DNA from: Octopus sinensis
Taxonomy: Eukaryota
DNA: 64,000 nt
NCBI RefSeq assembly: GCF_006345805.1
Contig: NC_043015.1
Span: 2,852,001 to 2,916,000, forward strand
Reading direction: 5' to 3'
This document shows, piece by piece, positions 42,000 through 55,343 of the stretch. Position 1 is the first letter of the stretch; each line of letters opens with the position of its first letter. The position numbers were made by a program, and so were the translations under genes. The notes beneath the pieces are model-generated. The model was not told the DNA's origin and did not search any database. It worked only from the letters and a program-made list of their open reading frames with translations.

Positions 42000-42240
42000 A
42001 GGATAAATGTAAAAAAATACAAACTGGGACAAGAACATGAAACATTTAGAAGACGATACAAAATAACGGACGGGACATTCGAAGCCTTCGATCTTCAGTC
42101 AAAAGCCGGATCATCTTCGCAATTTTGTCTGATTAATTTTGAGATTGTTGCGACCTGGTCAGCCCCAAAGGAAAATCTAAGCCAAGCGCATTAGATTCCT
42201 TGGAAGAAAGTCTCGAATGTATACAAAACAAGGACGGGAA
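42000..42240. mobile_element. Structured Penelope/DIRS-like terminal repeat remnant
   Basis: Follows (TA)n. ACATTCGA...TCGAATGT closes a fold, and there is a CTGAAGA on the - strand. Confidence 0.35.
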
Positions 42241-42559
42241 CGATTAAGAATACAAAAATACGTAAAAATAATAATGATAACACGAATAAGAATACGAAAA
42301 TACGTAAAAACAATAATGATAATAATAATAATAACAAAAACTAGACGTTACAGACTGGTGTCTTTTCGACAGGACGGGTGAACTTGAGCTGGCGCATTGA
42401 AAAATTGCCTAAAGGCGAAGGGAGGAATAAAATGTGTGTCTGGCCTATACGGTTGTTGATCACGAAAAGGCAGGACAGCAGTCCAAAGTTAGTCATGTGT
42501 GATAAGAGCAGGACAGAGGAAGAGAGAAAAAAAGGGAACAAGGAACAAAGGAGGAGGAG

Positions 42560-42590
<31 letters not shown>

Positions 42591-42849
42591 CGATAAAGAC
42601 GGGTCAAGGTGGAGTGGAACTTGTGAAAGGCAGAGAAATGTATGAGAGGGATATATATATATATATATGTATATAGGGATTCGATACATCCCAGAATGTA
42701 ATATAAGTCTCTTGCCCAAATTACCACGCACTATGACGCGTAAACAAACCTGTCTCCAAAAGGACACCCGCGGTTTGTGTGCATATATGCAACTGGCAAT
42801 TATATGAACTTACATACACTCAGGTGTTTGATTTTGTGCACGCACGGTC

Positions 42850-43920
42850 AACTTTATTAACAAGCAGTATTTCTCAGACTTGCAGAAACGAGTGTTATCT
42901 CGTAATTGTATTTATAAATGCAACCAGTCGTGTAAGTTGAATTACGGTTGTAAAAGAACATTCCTAACAGCGCATGGATTATATTTGACATGAGATTATC
43001 TCCTCTAGTACGACTTCGTGCAAAATGTTAAGATTTTCTAACATTAGTATTTGATAAAATCCTTTGTGTTACAAAATATTTCTCACGTGTTATAGTATCA
43101 GATTTAAGTAGATAAACGTTACTGCGGCATCTGATGCTGGGTTCTTTGTAGAGCTTTCATATAAAACTCCAGCGAAATTTACCCAACTTTTCTAATTCTA
43201 TTCTCAAGCAGCAAATGTCACTTCTAATATTTATAGTCATATTACATAGATGAATGCAAGAAGTAAGAATATAGACATCGTGTCACTTTTAAGGTCATTC
43301 GACTAAGTAGGAAAGACAGTGTGATTAAGTTCAGAAGTGCGTAGGCCTTGGGTGTGCTGCAGGTTTTGTCATTCATAAGGAAGCTAAGAGTCAGGTACTG
43401 TTACACATCTGTACGAACGTCCACCAGCAAAAACGGGAGTTATTTCATCGATGTACGCCTAATAAGTTTCCGTCTTCCTATTTCCATTCATAAATATTCC
43501 GTTTATCGAGTCTACGGTAAAAATATATTTTCTCAAGATTCATTGCAATATATATATATATATATGCTGGAAATACATGATCTCCAAACGAATTCCCTAA
43601 AAAACATAGGAATTCTGTGGTAAAATCAAAATATCCTAATCGACTAATTTCATAACAAATTTTTACTCGATGCTAAAACCAGTAAGGCATATGCCAAAAT
43701 TTCACAGCATTGCTTCGGATCTCTTCCTCCTTTAATGTCACTTTTTCTCCATTACCTCCCTTGCGTCAGTGACAATGTATTATACCAATAAATTACCATG
43801 TCTATTCAATCTGTCAGCAGCTTGTATCAGTAAAATCCAAACGTCTCTGTCTGTGTATCTGCCTCTGTTCTTTTCTCTATCTCTGACTGACTGACTGTCT
43901 GTCTTGCTCTCTCTCTCTCA

Positions 43921-43951
<31 letters not shown>

Positions 43952-44500
43952 GGTAAGAAAAACCTCCTATATTTCAAGAAATACGACCCAACCACTTGCT
44001 TATGAGCTGTTTTGGAGGGATGTAATATTTCAGGGATATAATATTTCGATCACGGTGTTCAACAGTTTTATAGTTTTATAAATGGGTTCTCTTTTTATTT
44101 TTTTTCCATGATACTCACACCTGGCTTTTACATTATATACGATTATAGACAATAGACTTCTCATCACTTTGGATTATTCCACCCGGGATAGGTTTAGTAG
44201 CAATTTTACAATAGAATGGCAAACAGTGGAACGATATGATAACGAGGGTGCTATGACGGAGGATAAGATTGTTGCTAGTTTTGACCGAAATTTGTATTCA
44301 GTGGAATTAATTTGATGATTCTCGTGACAATTTTCCTCGAGAAAGGTTTTCATTATTATTCACATAAAATAAGGTTGTCCAGATTGATAGAAATCTGTGA
44401 AAGAAATGTTTCTAGAATGAAACTGGTCAAACATTCCTGGGTGCTTATAGCATACTTTCTATAAATCGAATATTTGCAATTCATTCAGGATGCAGTGTCA
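42850..44500 (-). pseudogene. Decayed Fat-like cadherin repeats
   Basis: TRIIKLIPLNTNFGQN, PLFAIL, DYKY*K*HLL, FAGVLYES and KS*HFAR (cf. KRNFAR). Confidence 0.45.
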
Positions 44501-46039
44501 AATATGAAGTTTTGATTAAACACATTTTAAATAGCCACAATCAATATAAATGTAATCACTATTGTACATAGTAATCTGCAAAGAACAAAAACTAGCAGGT
44601 AAAACTAAATTCTTATATTAACGTACATATCGAAAATATACCAAAACAGTAATATCATAAAAACATGACAGGACTTTCTTTCCAATGATTGTGCATGCAT
44701 ATTTGTTTTTCTTGGGCTGGGGGAGGAGGATGAGGAGAAGGAGAAGTAGATAGAATGTCTACGGATGCGTACCATGCATCCCTGTGTGTGAGCGTGTGTG
44801 TTGCGAGTGATTATGTGAGTTCAAATAATGGCTGTCCTCTCTCAACAGGCATCAAAAATAAAACAAAATGTTAAGTGTGGAAGAATAGATTATTCCACAC
44901 GTTTAATTCTTTCTTTTAAATTCCTTCATAAATCAAAGTGAAATCTCCTCCACCTGGCATAGCGCCTAAATATATATCTTCATGGTTATAGTCATATACC
45001 ACATCTATCATTCTTACACCTTATTTAACAACTTTATTCCAAACAATTAATTCTTTATATTATAATTTTTAACGCTACCATACTGTACTGAAGTAAGCAA
45101 GCTACTTACTACACAGCCACTCCTGCGCCTATACAATATTAAAGTAAATATATCTTTCGCATAATGTAATTATATTGCTTTATTTAATATTAATTATAAA
45201 TAACATTACATTTTATTATGTTATATATAATTCAGTAGAATTTTATAATCACTAATATTTGTATAATTGAAATTAGAATAAATAAAATAATCAATTAATA
45301 ATTTTGATTGTTGTATAATTACCTAAACCTCCTTATAAATAATGTTCATTTCTTTTAAGAAAAAGAAATTTAATGACGCAATACACCGAATCTATATTCG
45401 GCACCAATGTAATAGGAAACTGGTTTCTCTCTCTACGTCAGGAATCAGCAAGTAATAATATAACTCCTAATTTTGATAATCTTGATTAACTTTAATTTAT
45501 ATTATGAAAATATTAAAACTAAATATTATTTGTTTAATCAAAAAATATATGATATACCTAATAATATTTTTACACCCATTCATACACATACATATATACA
45601 TACACACATACACGTAACAAATATCTAAATAATCAAACCCATATACCAGCACTACGTGTTGACAGGAATATATATATAGATATATAAATAATACATATTT
45701 TTAACTGTTATTCTCTTCAAATTAACTAAACACAAGTAAGAAAAACCAGATTCGATAAGATTTTATAATAATAAATACATCGGCAGTAATATACATTGAT
45801 TATCTAATCCAATATAAATTTACATATTTAACGGTTTTACTTTTATCGCATTTATATTATATACTTATTATTATTTGTTTTTTATTCATGTTTTTACCCT
45901 TACAAAATATTTTGATAGTGTAATATATATTTTTTTAAATATTAGCATATGCATACAGAAAATAAATATATGTCTTTTAATTTTGATAGTTTATGAATAA
46001 AATCCAAGTCCTGAATACGTAATTATTTCTGTTGTACTC

Positions 46040-46216
46040 TATCCCTGATGATATTCCAACCAATATTGTTTTGTTGCAGTATTTTGATAAATTAATTTTA
46101 TATCCTTACCAACTTTTTATTACTCTTTAATTATATTTATACAAGAAATAATCCCATATATATGAAATAAGTATTGTTGAACGGTATTGCTGATTAATCA
46201 AGTGATAATAGGGATA
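46040..46216 (+). ncRNA. Degenerate hammerhead ribozyme with long stem II insert
   Basis: TATCC-CTGATGA (46045-51), GAAA (46164-67), then ATA-GGGATA. Stem III is imperfect. Confidence 0.35.
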
Positions 46217-46258
46217 TAATAATCATTAGAAAGGTATCCTCGCATATACTATATATAT

Positions 46259-46305
<47 letters not shown>

Positions 46306-46314
46306 TATATATAT

Positions 46315-46597
<283 letters not shown>

Positions 46598-47199
46598 TAT
46601 ATTCATCAGCAGGAAATATTGTATTCATTTCTTTTGTTATTAGATGTCAACTCTTATACTGTCTTCGGAATCTACAAACATATACTCAATAATGGAATTC
46701 TGAACCACAATAAGATTCTCAGACAGAATTTTGCACATGTATATTTAATGATGTATACTTCATAAACTATCAAGGTATAATTAAGAGAAGCTAAACGATT
46801 TACTTCCGACTGTGTCTGGGATTAATTAGATAGAAATCATATGTTTAACGGCATTTCATTTGTCATAACATCATTTGCAGACATATATGATTTGAAGATA
46901 CATATTCGAGAAATCATTTCGTCTGTGATTACGTAGCTTATACATTCAGTAAATTGTAGTAAATATTTCGTATTCTGAAAATGATTGTTTAGAATTATAT
47001 TAGTTCAGTGGGTTGTAAGGTAAGTTCCTTCGCACATGTTCCCGGGTGCAGTTTAATTTTTCTCAGTATGCCTCTTTAGAAAAGTTAACACTCAAGATCT
47101 TGTCAATTTCCTCTCAGCAAGCATGCTAAAAAAAATCACTGTATTGGGGTAGCAAATTATGGCCCACAACAATTGGGAAAAACTTTAATGAGAGAACAG

Positions 47200-48420
47200 T
47201 GATGTTGAGGACGTATAATAAGTCCTTCCACACCATCACTGTGTACTAACAGGCGATATGGAAAAGGAGTTGGCAGAATATCTGTTTATTGCAAGGGCCG
47301 ATAAATATGCAAAAGGTGTGGTTGCTGTTTGACTGCGCTGGGAAGGCTCGAAATTTTACGAGCCATGCCTTGGAGGGGGAGAAAATTATGTTTCTACCCA
47401 CATATGGTGGGAGGGAAGTGACAAGAGCTTCGGTGCATGGGCTGCCACCCAGAATAGGGCCCGTATGGATAGAAGACTCTATCCGTCGGGGTTTTGGTTT
47501 GCAGCAGAGACAACTTCTTATTGTCAAAATTCTGCCTGCGGCTGATTGGGTAGAGTCGAAAGCAGTTTCAACCCTATGAACCCAATCAGCCGATAATCTG
47601 TGTTCACGATTTTTTGAGGATGGCTGGGTGCAGGTATTCAGTGATTATTGAGGGTCGCTCCCAGGTGTCATAGGTGCCTGGAGACTGGATCCTGGCCATA
47701 TAACGAAAAACTGTCCTCAGGAACAAAGCAAAGTCCTGGAGCAATTGATGGAAACTTCTGTAGAAGATGGAATGAAAGCGGCCGAGAATGCGAAGGAATC
47801 CTCAAAGAAAGGCCGCAAGAAGAAGGTGAGCAATAATGATTGCTCACCGAAGTACCCTAGGGATGAAATAGGGGAAGCGAATCTCACGATTACGGAGGAG
47901 ACGCACCGTCCCGTATTTGAGAAGAAAAAATGAAGAAGGGGATCAAAAACGGGATAGTGACGAGAGTCAGGGACATAGTACCGGAACGTCCCGGTACGTC
48001 GTCGGTAGGGGTAGTTCCATCGCCAAAGGAAGAGATACCGTTGGCGGCACAATTCCCGCCAACGGTCGAATTGACTACCTCGAACCTGGAGGAAGACAAA
48101 ATATTGGTCTTCTACTACAAGAGGTGGAGAGGAGGAAAAGTTGGTGGATATTCTCTCTTTGACTTTCACACATGGCTGTGGAGGCCATAACGTTACGCAT
48201 GATGCGTAGGCTGCAGAGTTCCAAGGAGGAATAGTGCCTGTGGCCGGGCGACGCCGACTCGGGGCTCGCCTTGGTTTTAAAAAGGGCGTGGGCGATGGGG
48301 GAGTATACGGACACAAGCAATGTTGGAGCGGAAAAATTGATAAGGGGTTGAAAAGCCTCAGTGTTATAATGTTTAAATGTATAAGAGGCTCAGCGTCTCA
48401 ATTTCTAAGTGGACTATGAA
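47200..48420 (+). mobile_element. L1/Tx1-like ORF1 (gag-like zinc knuckle) remnant
   Basis: GC-rich island. TRASVHGLPPRIGPVWIEDSIRR, then IIEGR/PRCHRCLETG/GHITKNCP (a CCHC knuckle with indels), then a charged low-complexity tail. Confidence 0.65.
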
Positions 48421-48424
48421 GCCC

Positions 48425-48800
48425 CAAAATTGAAAAAAACGGAAGTAAGATGTTCAATGCCACGTTCTATTTTTGTGTAAAAAATAATAATGCTTTAATT
48501 AGTAAAGGGACTATTAAGACCAATAATTTTAAAAACGGAAGTAAGAGTTTCAATTCTCCGGTTTGTCTGTTTTTTGTGTTAAAAATAAGGATGTTTTAAT
48601 TTGTAAAGGGACTATTTAATCCGATAATTGCAAAACGGAAGTAAGGGTTTCAATTCCTCGTTTTGTTTTTTTTTTGGTTTTTTTTTGTGTTAAAAATAAG
48701 GACGTTTCAATTTGTAAATGGATTATTAACTCCAATAATTGTAAAACGGAAGTAAGAATATTTCAATTCCTCGGTTTGTTTTCTCTGTAAAAAACAATTG
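48425..48800. repeat. ~100-bp tandem repeat, about 3.5 copies
   Basis: AAACGGAAGTAAG at ~48437, 48533, 48633 and 48744, the first three followed by TTCAAT...TGTGT.AAAAATAA...TAAA.GGA.TATT. Confidence 0.9.
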
Positions 48801-48938
48801 TTTTAGAGAAGCAAAAAATTTGCGGCCGATTTTTATCTTCTCTCATTAATGGCATTGTATTTCATTGTTTGTCTCATCAATGTTTTTATCGAGCGTGCAT
48901 ACTCTGTATCGTGCCTTTATGTCAATTTGTTGTTAAAT

Positions 48939-49300
48939 AAAGTAGCTTGCTTACAAACCACATGGTTCCAGGTTCAGTTCCACAGCTTGACACCTTGGGC
49001 AAGTGTCTTCTACTATAGCCTCATCAAAGCCTTCTGAGTGTATTTAGAAGGAAACTGAAAGAAACCCGCAGTATATATGTATATATTTAAATATATATAT
49101 GTGTGTGTGTGTTTGTGTGTCGGTGTCCCCTCCCAAAACATCACTTGACAACAGATGCTGGTGTGTTTAAGTCGGCAAAAGAGAGCCAATAGAATAAGTA
49201 CTATCCTGACTGAGAAAAAGTCCTGGGTGCGATTAGCTCGACTAAGGGCGGTGCTCTAGCATGGCCGCTCTCAAATGACTGAAACAAGTAAAAGAGAATA
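48939..49300 (+). mobile_element. tRNA-derived SINE, 5'-clipped
   Basis: AAGTAGCTTGCTTACAAACCACATGGTTCCAGGTTCAGTTCC...TGACTGAAACAAGTAAAAGAGAATA. Confidence 0.88.
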
Positions 49301-49310
49301 CATACATGCT

Positions 49311-49368
<58 letters not shown>

Positions 49369-49369
<1 letters not shown>

Positions 49370-49742
49370 CGCCGAGCTAAGGCATGCGCCTTGAGGTTGA
49401 GACGCTTTTGGAAAACAACTGGGGTCCGGCTACGGTTCCGGCTTAGAGGCGTTCAGCCGTTATCGCTCAGAGGCAGCCTGGCACCACCGCTCTATCGAGC
49501 GAGCGCGCAAACCGTTGCTCTGATCCCGCGGTTCCTCTCGTACTGGACGGGATAGCCGTAGCCGAGTTGACGTTGCCGACGCCCGCCTAGGGTCGGCCGG
49601 AGAAACGCCGGCGGCACGGCCAGGACGGACGACGCGCGAGCGCGCCGCCGCCTCGACCGCACGCCGAGTACCCCGACGCGACTCGGGGCGCCGCGTACGC
49701 GCGATGCATCGGTAGGATAAAACTAACCTGTCTCACGACGGT
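49369..49742 (-). rRNA. Dispersed 28S rRNA 3'-region fragment (pseudogene)
   Basis: The - strand carries the conserved LSU motifs ACCGTCGTGAGACAGGTTAGTTTTA, CAGTACGAGAGGAACC and CTGAACGCCTCTAAG in the correct order. GC-rich and flanked by TA repeats. Confidence 0.92.
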
Positions 49743-49927
49743 TATATATATTTTTTTTATATATATTTTTTTGTTCTTTTATTTATTCTTTTATCTAATT
49801 TACCACTGACTCCTTGACCACTCCCCAAGTATGATATTTTGCGCTATGCCTACCCCCAAAAAGTCCCCCACCACCACCCCTTTAAACCTGCCTTAATGTA
49901 TAAATGCCAATACAATTCTTGTTAACT

Positions 49928-49978
49928 AGCTTCCTGAAGATTTCTCTTGAATGAAACAGTTCTAGTCCTGTAGAAGCT
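49928..49978 (+). ncRNA. Type I hammerhead ribozyme in a Penelope-like terminal repeat (~49750-50062)
   Basis: Stem I AGCTTC/GAAGCT; CTGAAGA; stem II tTTC-TCTT-GAAt; GAAA; stem III CAG-TTCTAGTC-CTG; cleavage triplet GTA. Confidence 0.75.
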
Positions 49979-50199
49979 CCTTCTATATAATAAATTAATT
50001 TTACTCTGCTATGTATTGAGTACCTTATTTACTGTGGTTAACCCCGAATCAACCCGGGACCTACATATATATATATATATAAATATATATATATGCATGT
50101 ATGTGAATATTGTATATTTCTATGATCTCCATTCTAAAAATTCGCCACAATGCTGAGGTAATTTACAGCATGTTCGGTAGTTTGAAAACTAAATGATAA

Positions 50200-50800
50200 A
50201 TCGTAATATAATTACTTCTACCACTATTATTATTACATGTCTTCTGTAGATTACGTGTTCTATGCGAACAAAAATAACGCACTACTTTTAAAAATCGTCT
50301 TTAACTTATCTTCTCATACAGAAACGTATATGATTATAGGAAATCGCTCTGTTTACGTCGTACTATTTTTATTGTTTGCTGGAAATTAATCTACAGCGCT
50401 ACGCTTTAAGAAAAATGCTGCTCCCGATTTGCATTTTTAAATTACATAAAGAAAACTTCGGCAACTTTCATTTAGCATACTTCTTTATAGTTTTTTTCTT
50501 TCATTCAGTTTCGACAGAGATGGTGCCAATCTAACGGCATCACAGACTTACTAGACAACGCGTTGGATCAATTGCCTTTACTTAATATGAGTGTGCTATA
50601 ACGAGACGTATTTAATTTTCAATGTATCATTTTCTTAGCTGAGATTACATACGATAGAACGAATTTTTCTTCTGACTTTGAAGAATATCCTGCAAATTAT
50701 TTAAATTCAATGTATATCTATATTCCGTGAAGACCATGGTGGCTCAGCTGCAATATTCCCAAATTAGTTTTTATCCTGTTGAGAAATAATTTTAGTCTTC
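50200..50800 (-). pseudogene. Decayed Fat-like cadherin repeats
   Basis: EYRYTL, YSTLILSKGN*SNALSSKS (cf. YNLTVRAKDKGKPVSLSST) and QIGSSIFLKA. Confidence 0.4.
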
Positions 50801-50882
50801 ATGTTTGAATTGCAAATCCAGTAAAAGATGTGTGGGATTGAGTTTCCGTCTGTATACACATATATCTCTGCATGCAAATACA

Positions 50883-51391
50883 CGCGGGTGAGTCAAAAAG
50901 TAATGCCAGGTGAGTTAAAAAGTAATGCGTTGTTTAGGACAAGTATAATTACCAACACAGGAAAGTCTATCATACATCAAAATGAAGCTGGTCCTCTGTG
51001 TATCACATCCCTATTTCTCAAAATAGTCACCGTTTCTCTCAATAGCAATATTCCACCTTCGAACTGGAGCATGTCACCCTGCCACGTAAAACTCTGTTGA
51101 CTGTTCTTTGAGCCACCTCTTCACTACGGTTTTCAATTCCTCATCACTGGAATGATGTTTGGCTCTCAAACCCTCTTTCATGGTGCCGAAAATATGTAAG
51201 CCTGAAGGCGCTAAATCTGTTGAGTGTGGAGGTAGTGAAGAAGTGGCTCAAAGAACAGGCAACATAATTTTACAGGGCAGGGATACATGCTCTCTTTCGA
51301 AGGTGGATCATTGCTATTGAGGGAAAAGACGACTATGTTGAGGAGTAGGGATGTGATCCACAGAAGACCAGCTTCATTTTGATGTATGATA
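50883..51391. mobile_element. Fold-back mariner remnant (two transposase 3' ends in opposite orientation)
   Basis: The - strand reads HSTDLAPSGLHIFG..VKRWLKEQSTEFY..RWNIAIERNGDYFEK* and ends in a TIR at 50883. The + strand reads VVKKWLKEQAT*FYRAGIHALFRRWIIAIEGKDDYVEE*. Arms are 50968-51127 and 51232-51391. Confidence 0.88.
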
Positions 51392-51697
51392 CACCGTGAC
51401 ATCGTTTTGTCTCTGCAGAACCCAGTATTCATTATTACGTGTATCATTGCTCCATGTATGCCTGCAGACGAGAGTTTTTGAGTACAATACATAAAGCTTT
51501 ATTGCATGCAGACAGTTCTCCCAGTTATGCAATTTTGCTCTGGCTGTTGTGACAAGGTTGGCCCTTTGAAATAGAGGTACAACAGAAACAGGACTAAAGA
51601 GTGAGAGAAATCTGTGGTGAAATAGTACAGCAGGGTTCGTCACTATCCCGTACTTGAGTATCCTAGAGATTTTAAGTGTTTTCTCTCAATAAACTCT

Positions 51698-51780
51698 CAG
51701 AATGCTCGGTCTGGGAATCGAAAACACGATTCTATGACCGCGAGTCCGCTGCCCTAACCACTGAGACATTGCGCCTCCAC
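51698..51780 (-). mobile_element. tRNA-derived SINE head
   Basis: The - strand reads GTGGAGGCGCAATGTCTCAGTGGTTAGGGCAGCGGACTC...TTCGATTCCCAGACCG, with A and B boxes. Confidence 0.7.
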
Positions 51781-51820
51781 AAACACACACACACAAATAT
51801 ATATACATACACACACACAT

Positions 51821-51857
<37 letters not shown>

Positions 51858-52007
51858 CATTTATATTTATATATATTTGTGTGTGTGTGCATGTATGGGA
51901 AATAGACACACCATGACTTACATCTACTGCTTATAATTCACTTATAGATTTATTCCTGCTTGTTTCCACTTTTATGATTTCAGTGACTTTTCGTTACTGG
52001 AAAAAGG

Positions 52008-52066
<59 letters not shown>

Positions 52067-52217
52067 ATATATTATTTTATTTTAACTTAGAGATAAAACC
52101 ACTATTAGGCAAATCAAACAATGAAAAACTTAACCCAATACATAAAATTAATTAATTTATATTATTTAAAATATATATCAAAAGTATTAAAAGTTTAATA
52201 AAAGATAATGAGTAAAA

Positions 52218-52286
52218 CACTACGATCGTTTCATGGCTGTCCAATTCGTAATAATTCGAGTTATGGTTACGGTCAATATTCAGGTA
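52218..52286 (-). ncRNA. Hammerhead ribozyme with one core substitution, in a Penelope-like terminal repeat (52088-52310)
   Basis: The - strand reads TAC-CTGAATA-long stem II-GAAA-CGATCG-TA-GTG, with a palindromic stem III. Downstream sequence is homologous to 22385-22445. Confidence 0.55.
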
Positions 52287-52312
52287 ATTGAAATATTTAT
52301 CTTAGCGAGGTT

Positions 52313-52384
<72 letters not shown>

Positions 52385-53110
52385 TAATTTCATCTACATA
52401 AATATATATTTAGAGTATAGTTGGGTGCTATTGACATGCAGCATTGCTAGAAATGCGAGTCAAATGAACTCTTAACCACGCGAGGGCACTTTTCGTAACT
52501 CATTTTCATCAAACCCAAAGTGTTTTTCGCCAATGAATTTTATATACTTGTGTGTAGAGGGAAGGATGTGCTTCATAACGAAAGGAATTATATAGAGGGT
52601 TAAATGTGAATAACTTGTATAATTAGCTGCCTTTTTTCTTACTCAAAATTGAAATATTACTTTCGGTGAGCGAAATATGGACAGTAAAAATGACATTTGT
52701 TTACCCTCTCCGGTAAAAATTAGCTGTCGGGAAAATTGAACAAGTTATACGCAAGTATGTTTTATTCTATGTATACACACTCACCAAAATAGAGAAGTTA
52801 TTAAATACGGATACGAAGCACTTTAAGCCCTGTGACCATGTAATACATTAAGTAAACAAGGACACAACGCATGGCAATCTATCTAGCATCCCGACAACTG
52901 CAAGGACGTCGCAATCTTGCAGATTTAGTTGTTATTGATAGGAAGCTCAGCAAACCTGACTGCAGCGACATTTGAAGATAACGTGCCGAATAATTAGACG
53001 ACTACTTCAATTCATCTTACGTTACAAATACGTTACAAATTCACATATGATAATTCACATCGAATCATGCCTGTTTATAGTAATTACAAATGCATATATT
53101 CTTGAGGATT

Positions 53111-55343
53111 CTCTGTCAGTGTAGCGTGACAATTTAATGATCTTTAATGAGAGATCATTATTTCATGACTCCAATTTACCTTTGTTGATGTCAGATATCT
53201 TACGAAAGGGAACATATATTGATGTGGTTGGACGCAAATCGTAGCCAATGCAAGAGCAGATGTTATTTTCAGAACCATAATATTTGGAACAGGTATCATA
53301 TAACAACGTGACCGTACATATGGGAGATAGCCATTTCGACGCTCTTTATCAGAGTCATTTTAACGAGACACAAACGATGAATTTCGCAGTTAAAATATGT
53401 AAGGTTCGAACGCAAACCGGGAGAGTTGAAGAGAATAACAAAATACCTACTGTAAACTACTCTAAAGAAACTTACAGTTCGGCGCTTTATTTGTTAAATT
53501 TAAACGCGGTTTGCTAATAACAATGTTAAGTTGATGGAACCACATGTCCACTTCATGAATATCACTTTACTCTCAGGAATCACAATAATTTTTGATAACA
53601 AAATAGAAATTACTGAAATGCCATTCCATCTTTCAGTTCCAATTCTAAAGAATAACAAATGGAATCAATAAAGACGCGACAATACTTTAATAATATATTT
53701 AAATTCGAATAATTATACAGCAAATGAACACATGTAGGCGAAAGTTTCCCAAATATGATATTTATTTCTGCTAAATGTAAACGGAGTTACCGAGAATAGA
53801 AGCGACGCAGAGACATACAAAATGTCTGCTTTTGCAACAAAAAATCAACAATTTTATTGACCTTTAACTCCATCACTGTAACAGACGAAAGTTTTACAAG
53901 AATGACATTTCATATATCAACTTCTTGGTGAATCATAGTTTATTTATGATCGTCTCAAGGATTCATATAATGATTATTATTATCTGTTGCTGTAATTCGT
54001 CATTTCATTGGAAGAGAGAATGGTATGAGACACATCAGCAAATATATCAGTCATAGCTTCCAGCATTTGTTCTACGAATATTCTGTGCATAATGAGGTAA
54101 TCATTAAAGAGAAGAAAACTTCTGGTGACAAGCATTTAATGCAAATAGAATATTAATGAGAAATAATTGAAAGAATTAGAATTATATAGTAATTAATAAA
54201 TTGTGCAAATGGAAATATTTTTTTAAATGTATAAAAAAGCGTTGCCTCAAGAATTTATGATTTTAAGATACAATAAACATAGCATAATCGTGTTTGTTAA
54301 AAATATTGATAGACATTTTAAGAATTAGGATCAGTTAAGGCATCTCCATATGTATTTGCACTAAGAATCCGATTTGGGTGAATAAACCAAAAAATATTGT
54401 TTTGAAATTAGGAGAAACCTAAATAAGTGTATTAAGTGCAGTAAATGTCGACTGAAAACTTTTAAATTACTGCGATGCTGTATGAAATAAAAAGGTGAAC
54501 ATGGATTTTATGGATAATAAATATGGTGACTTTGTCTAGGAAATTAGTATTCATTGTAGTTTAAAGCATTTGCGACAGAGAAACTAGAATAGTGTAATGA
54601 CATTCATCAGCAATGATGTATTGGGGAGTTACAAATTATTCATAATTTCGATATGAACATTTGACATTTGTTGTCTTCTATTCTTGTTGTTTTACATCTT
54701 AAATAATTTCAGAAGAATGTTGCCAACATGTGAAGCGTTTTGAATAATTTACTGCAACGAAACGTGTTTAATATTCTCTCGTTCTTTCACTCCTCATTAT
54801 TATTATTATTATTATTATTAATTTATAAGTAAATCTCAACTAAAGATGTAGTTGAATATTATCATATAATAATAGGACACTGATTATCGAAAGAAAGTAG
54901 TTGATAACATGTTGTTGAACCCGATATTACAATGCTTCCCGTTGTCGATGCCACGCATATTCCAATGGAAAATACACAGTAAAATTTGGCGGGGAATATT
55001 TGGCGATTTGTGAAAGTGACAATTTACACATAAAGGTCTTACTTTTACTACATTAGTGCTACACTGTCGCAATGTTTGGGTTTGTTCCAATCACTGTTCT
55101 TCGTACACATTACCCATGACTATACAATCGCACCTCCTTTCGTAACCGTTGGCAATGAAAGGTAATGCACATTTAACATTTATAAAAGATAAGAAAATAA
55201 CTCTGTCAGTATAGCTTGACAATTTAATGTTCTTTAATGGGAAATCATTATTTCATGACTCCAATTTACCGTTTTTGATGTCAGATATCTTACGAAAGGG
55301 AAAATATGTAGATGTGGCTGGACACAAATCGTAGTCAATGCAA
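53111..55343. repeat. ~142-bp direct duplication (53111-53253 and 55201-55343)
   Basis: CTCTGTCAGT...TTATTTCATGACTCCAATTTACC...GATGTCAGATATCTTACGAAAGGGAA...CAAATCGTAGyCAATGCAA occurs twice, 2090 bp apart. Confidence 0.92.

Noticed and set aside
47717-48316. 199-aa minus-strand ORF
   Set aside because: It is an antisense open frame in the GC-rich retroelement remnant; the informative CCHC motif is on the + strand.
51698-51780. Functional tRNA gene
   Set aside because: The acceptor stem is incomplete and the sequence behaves as a SINE head.
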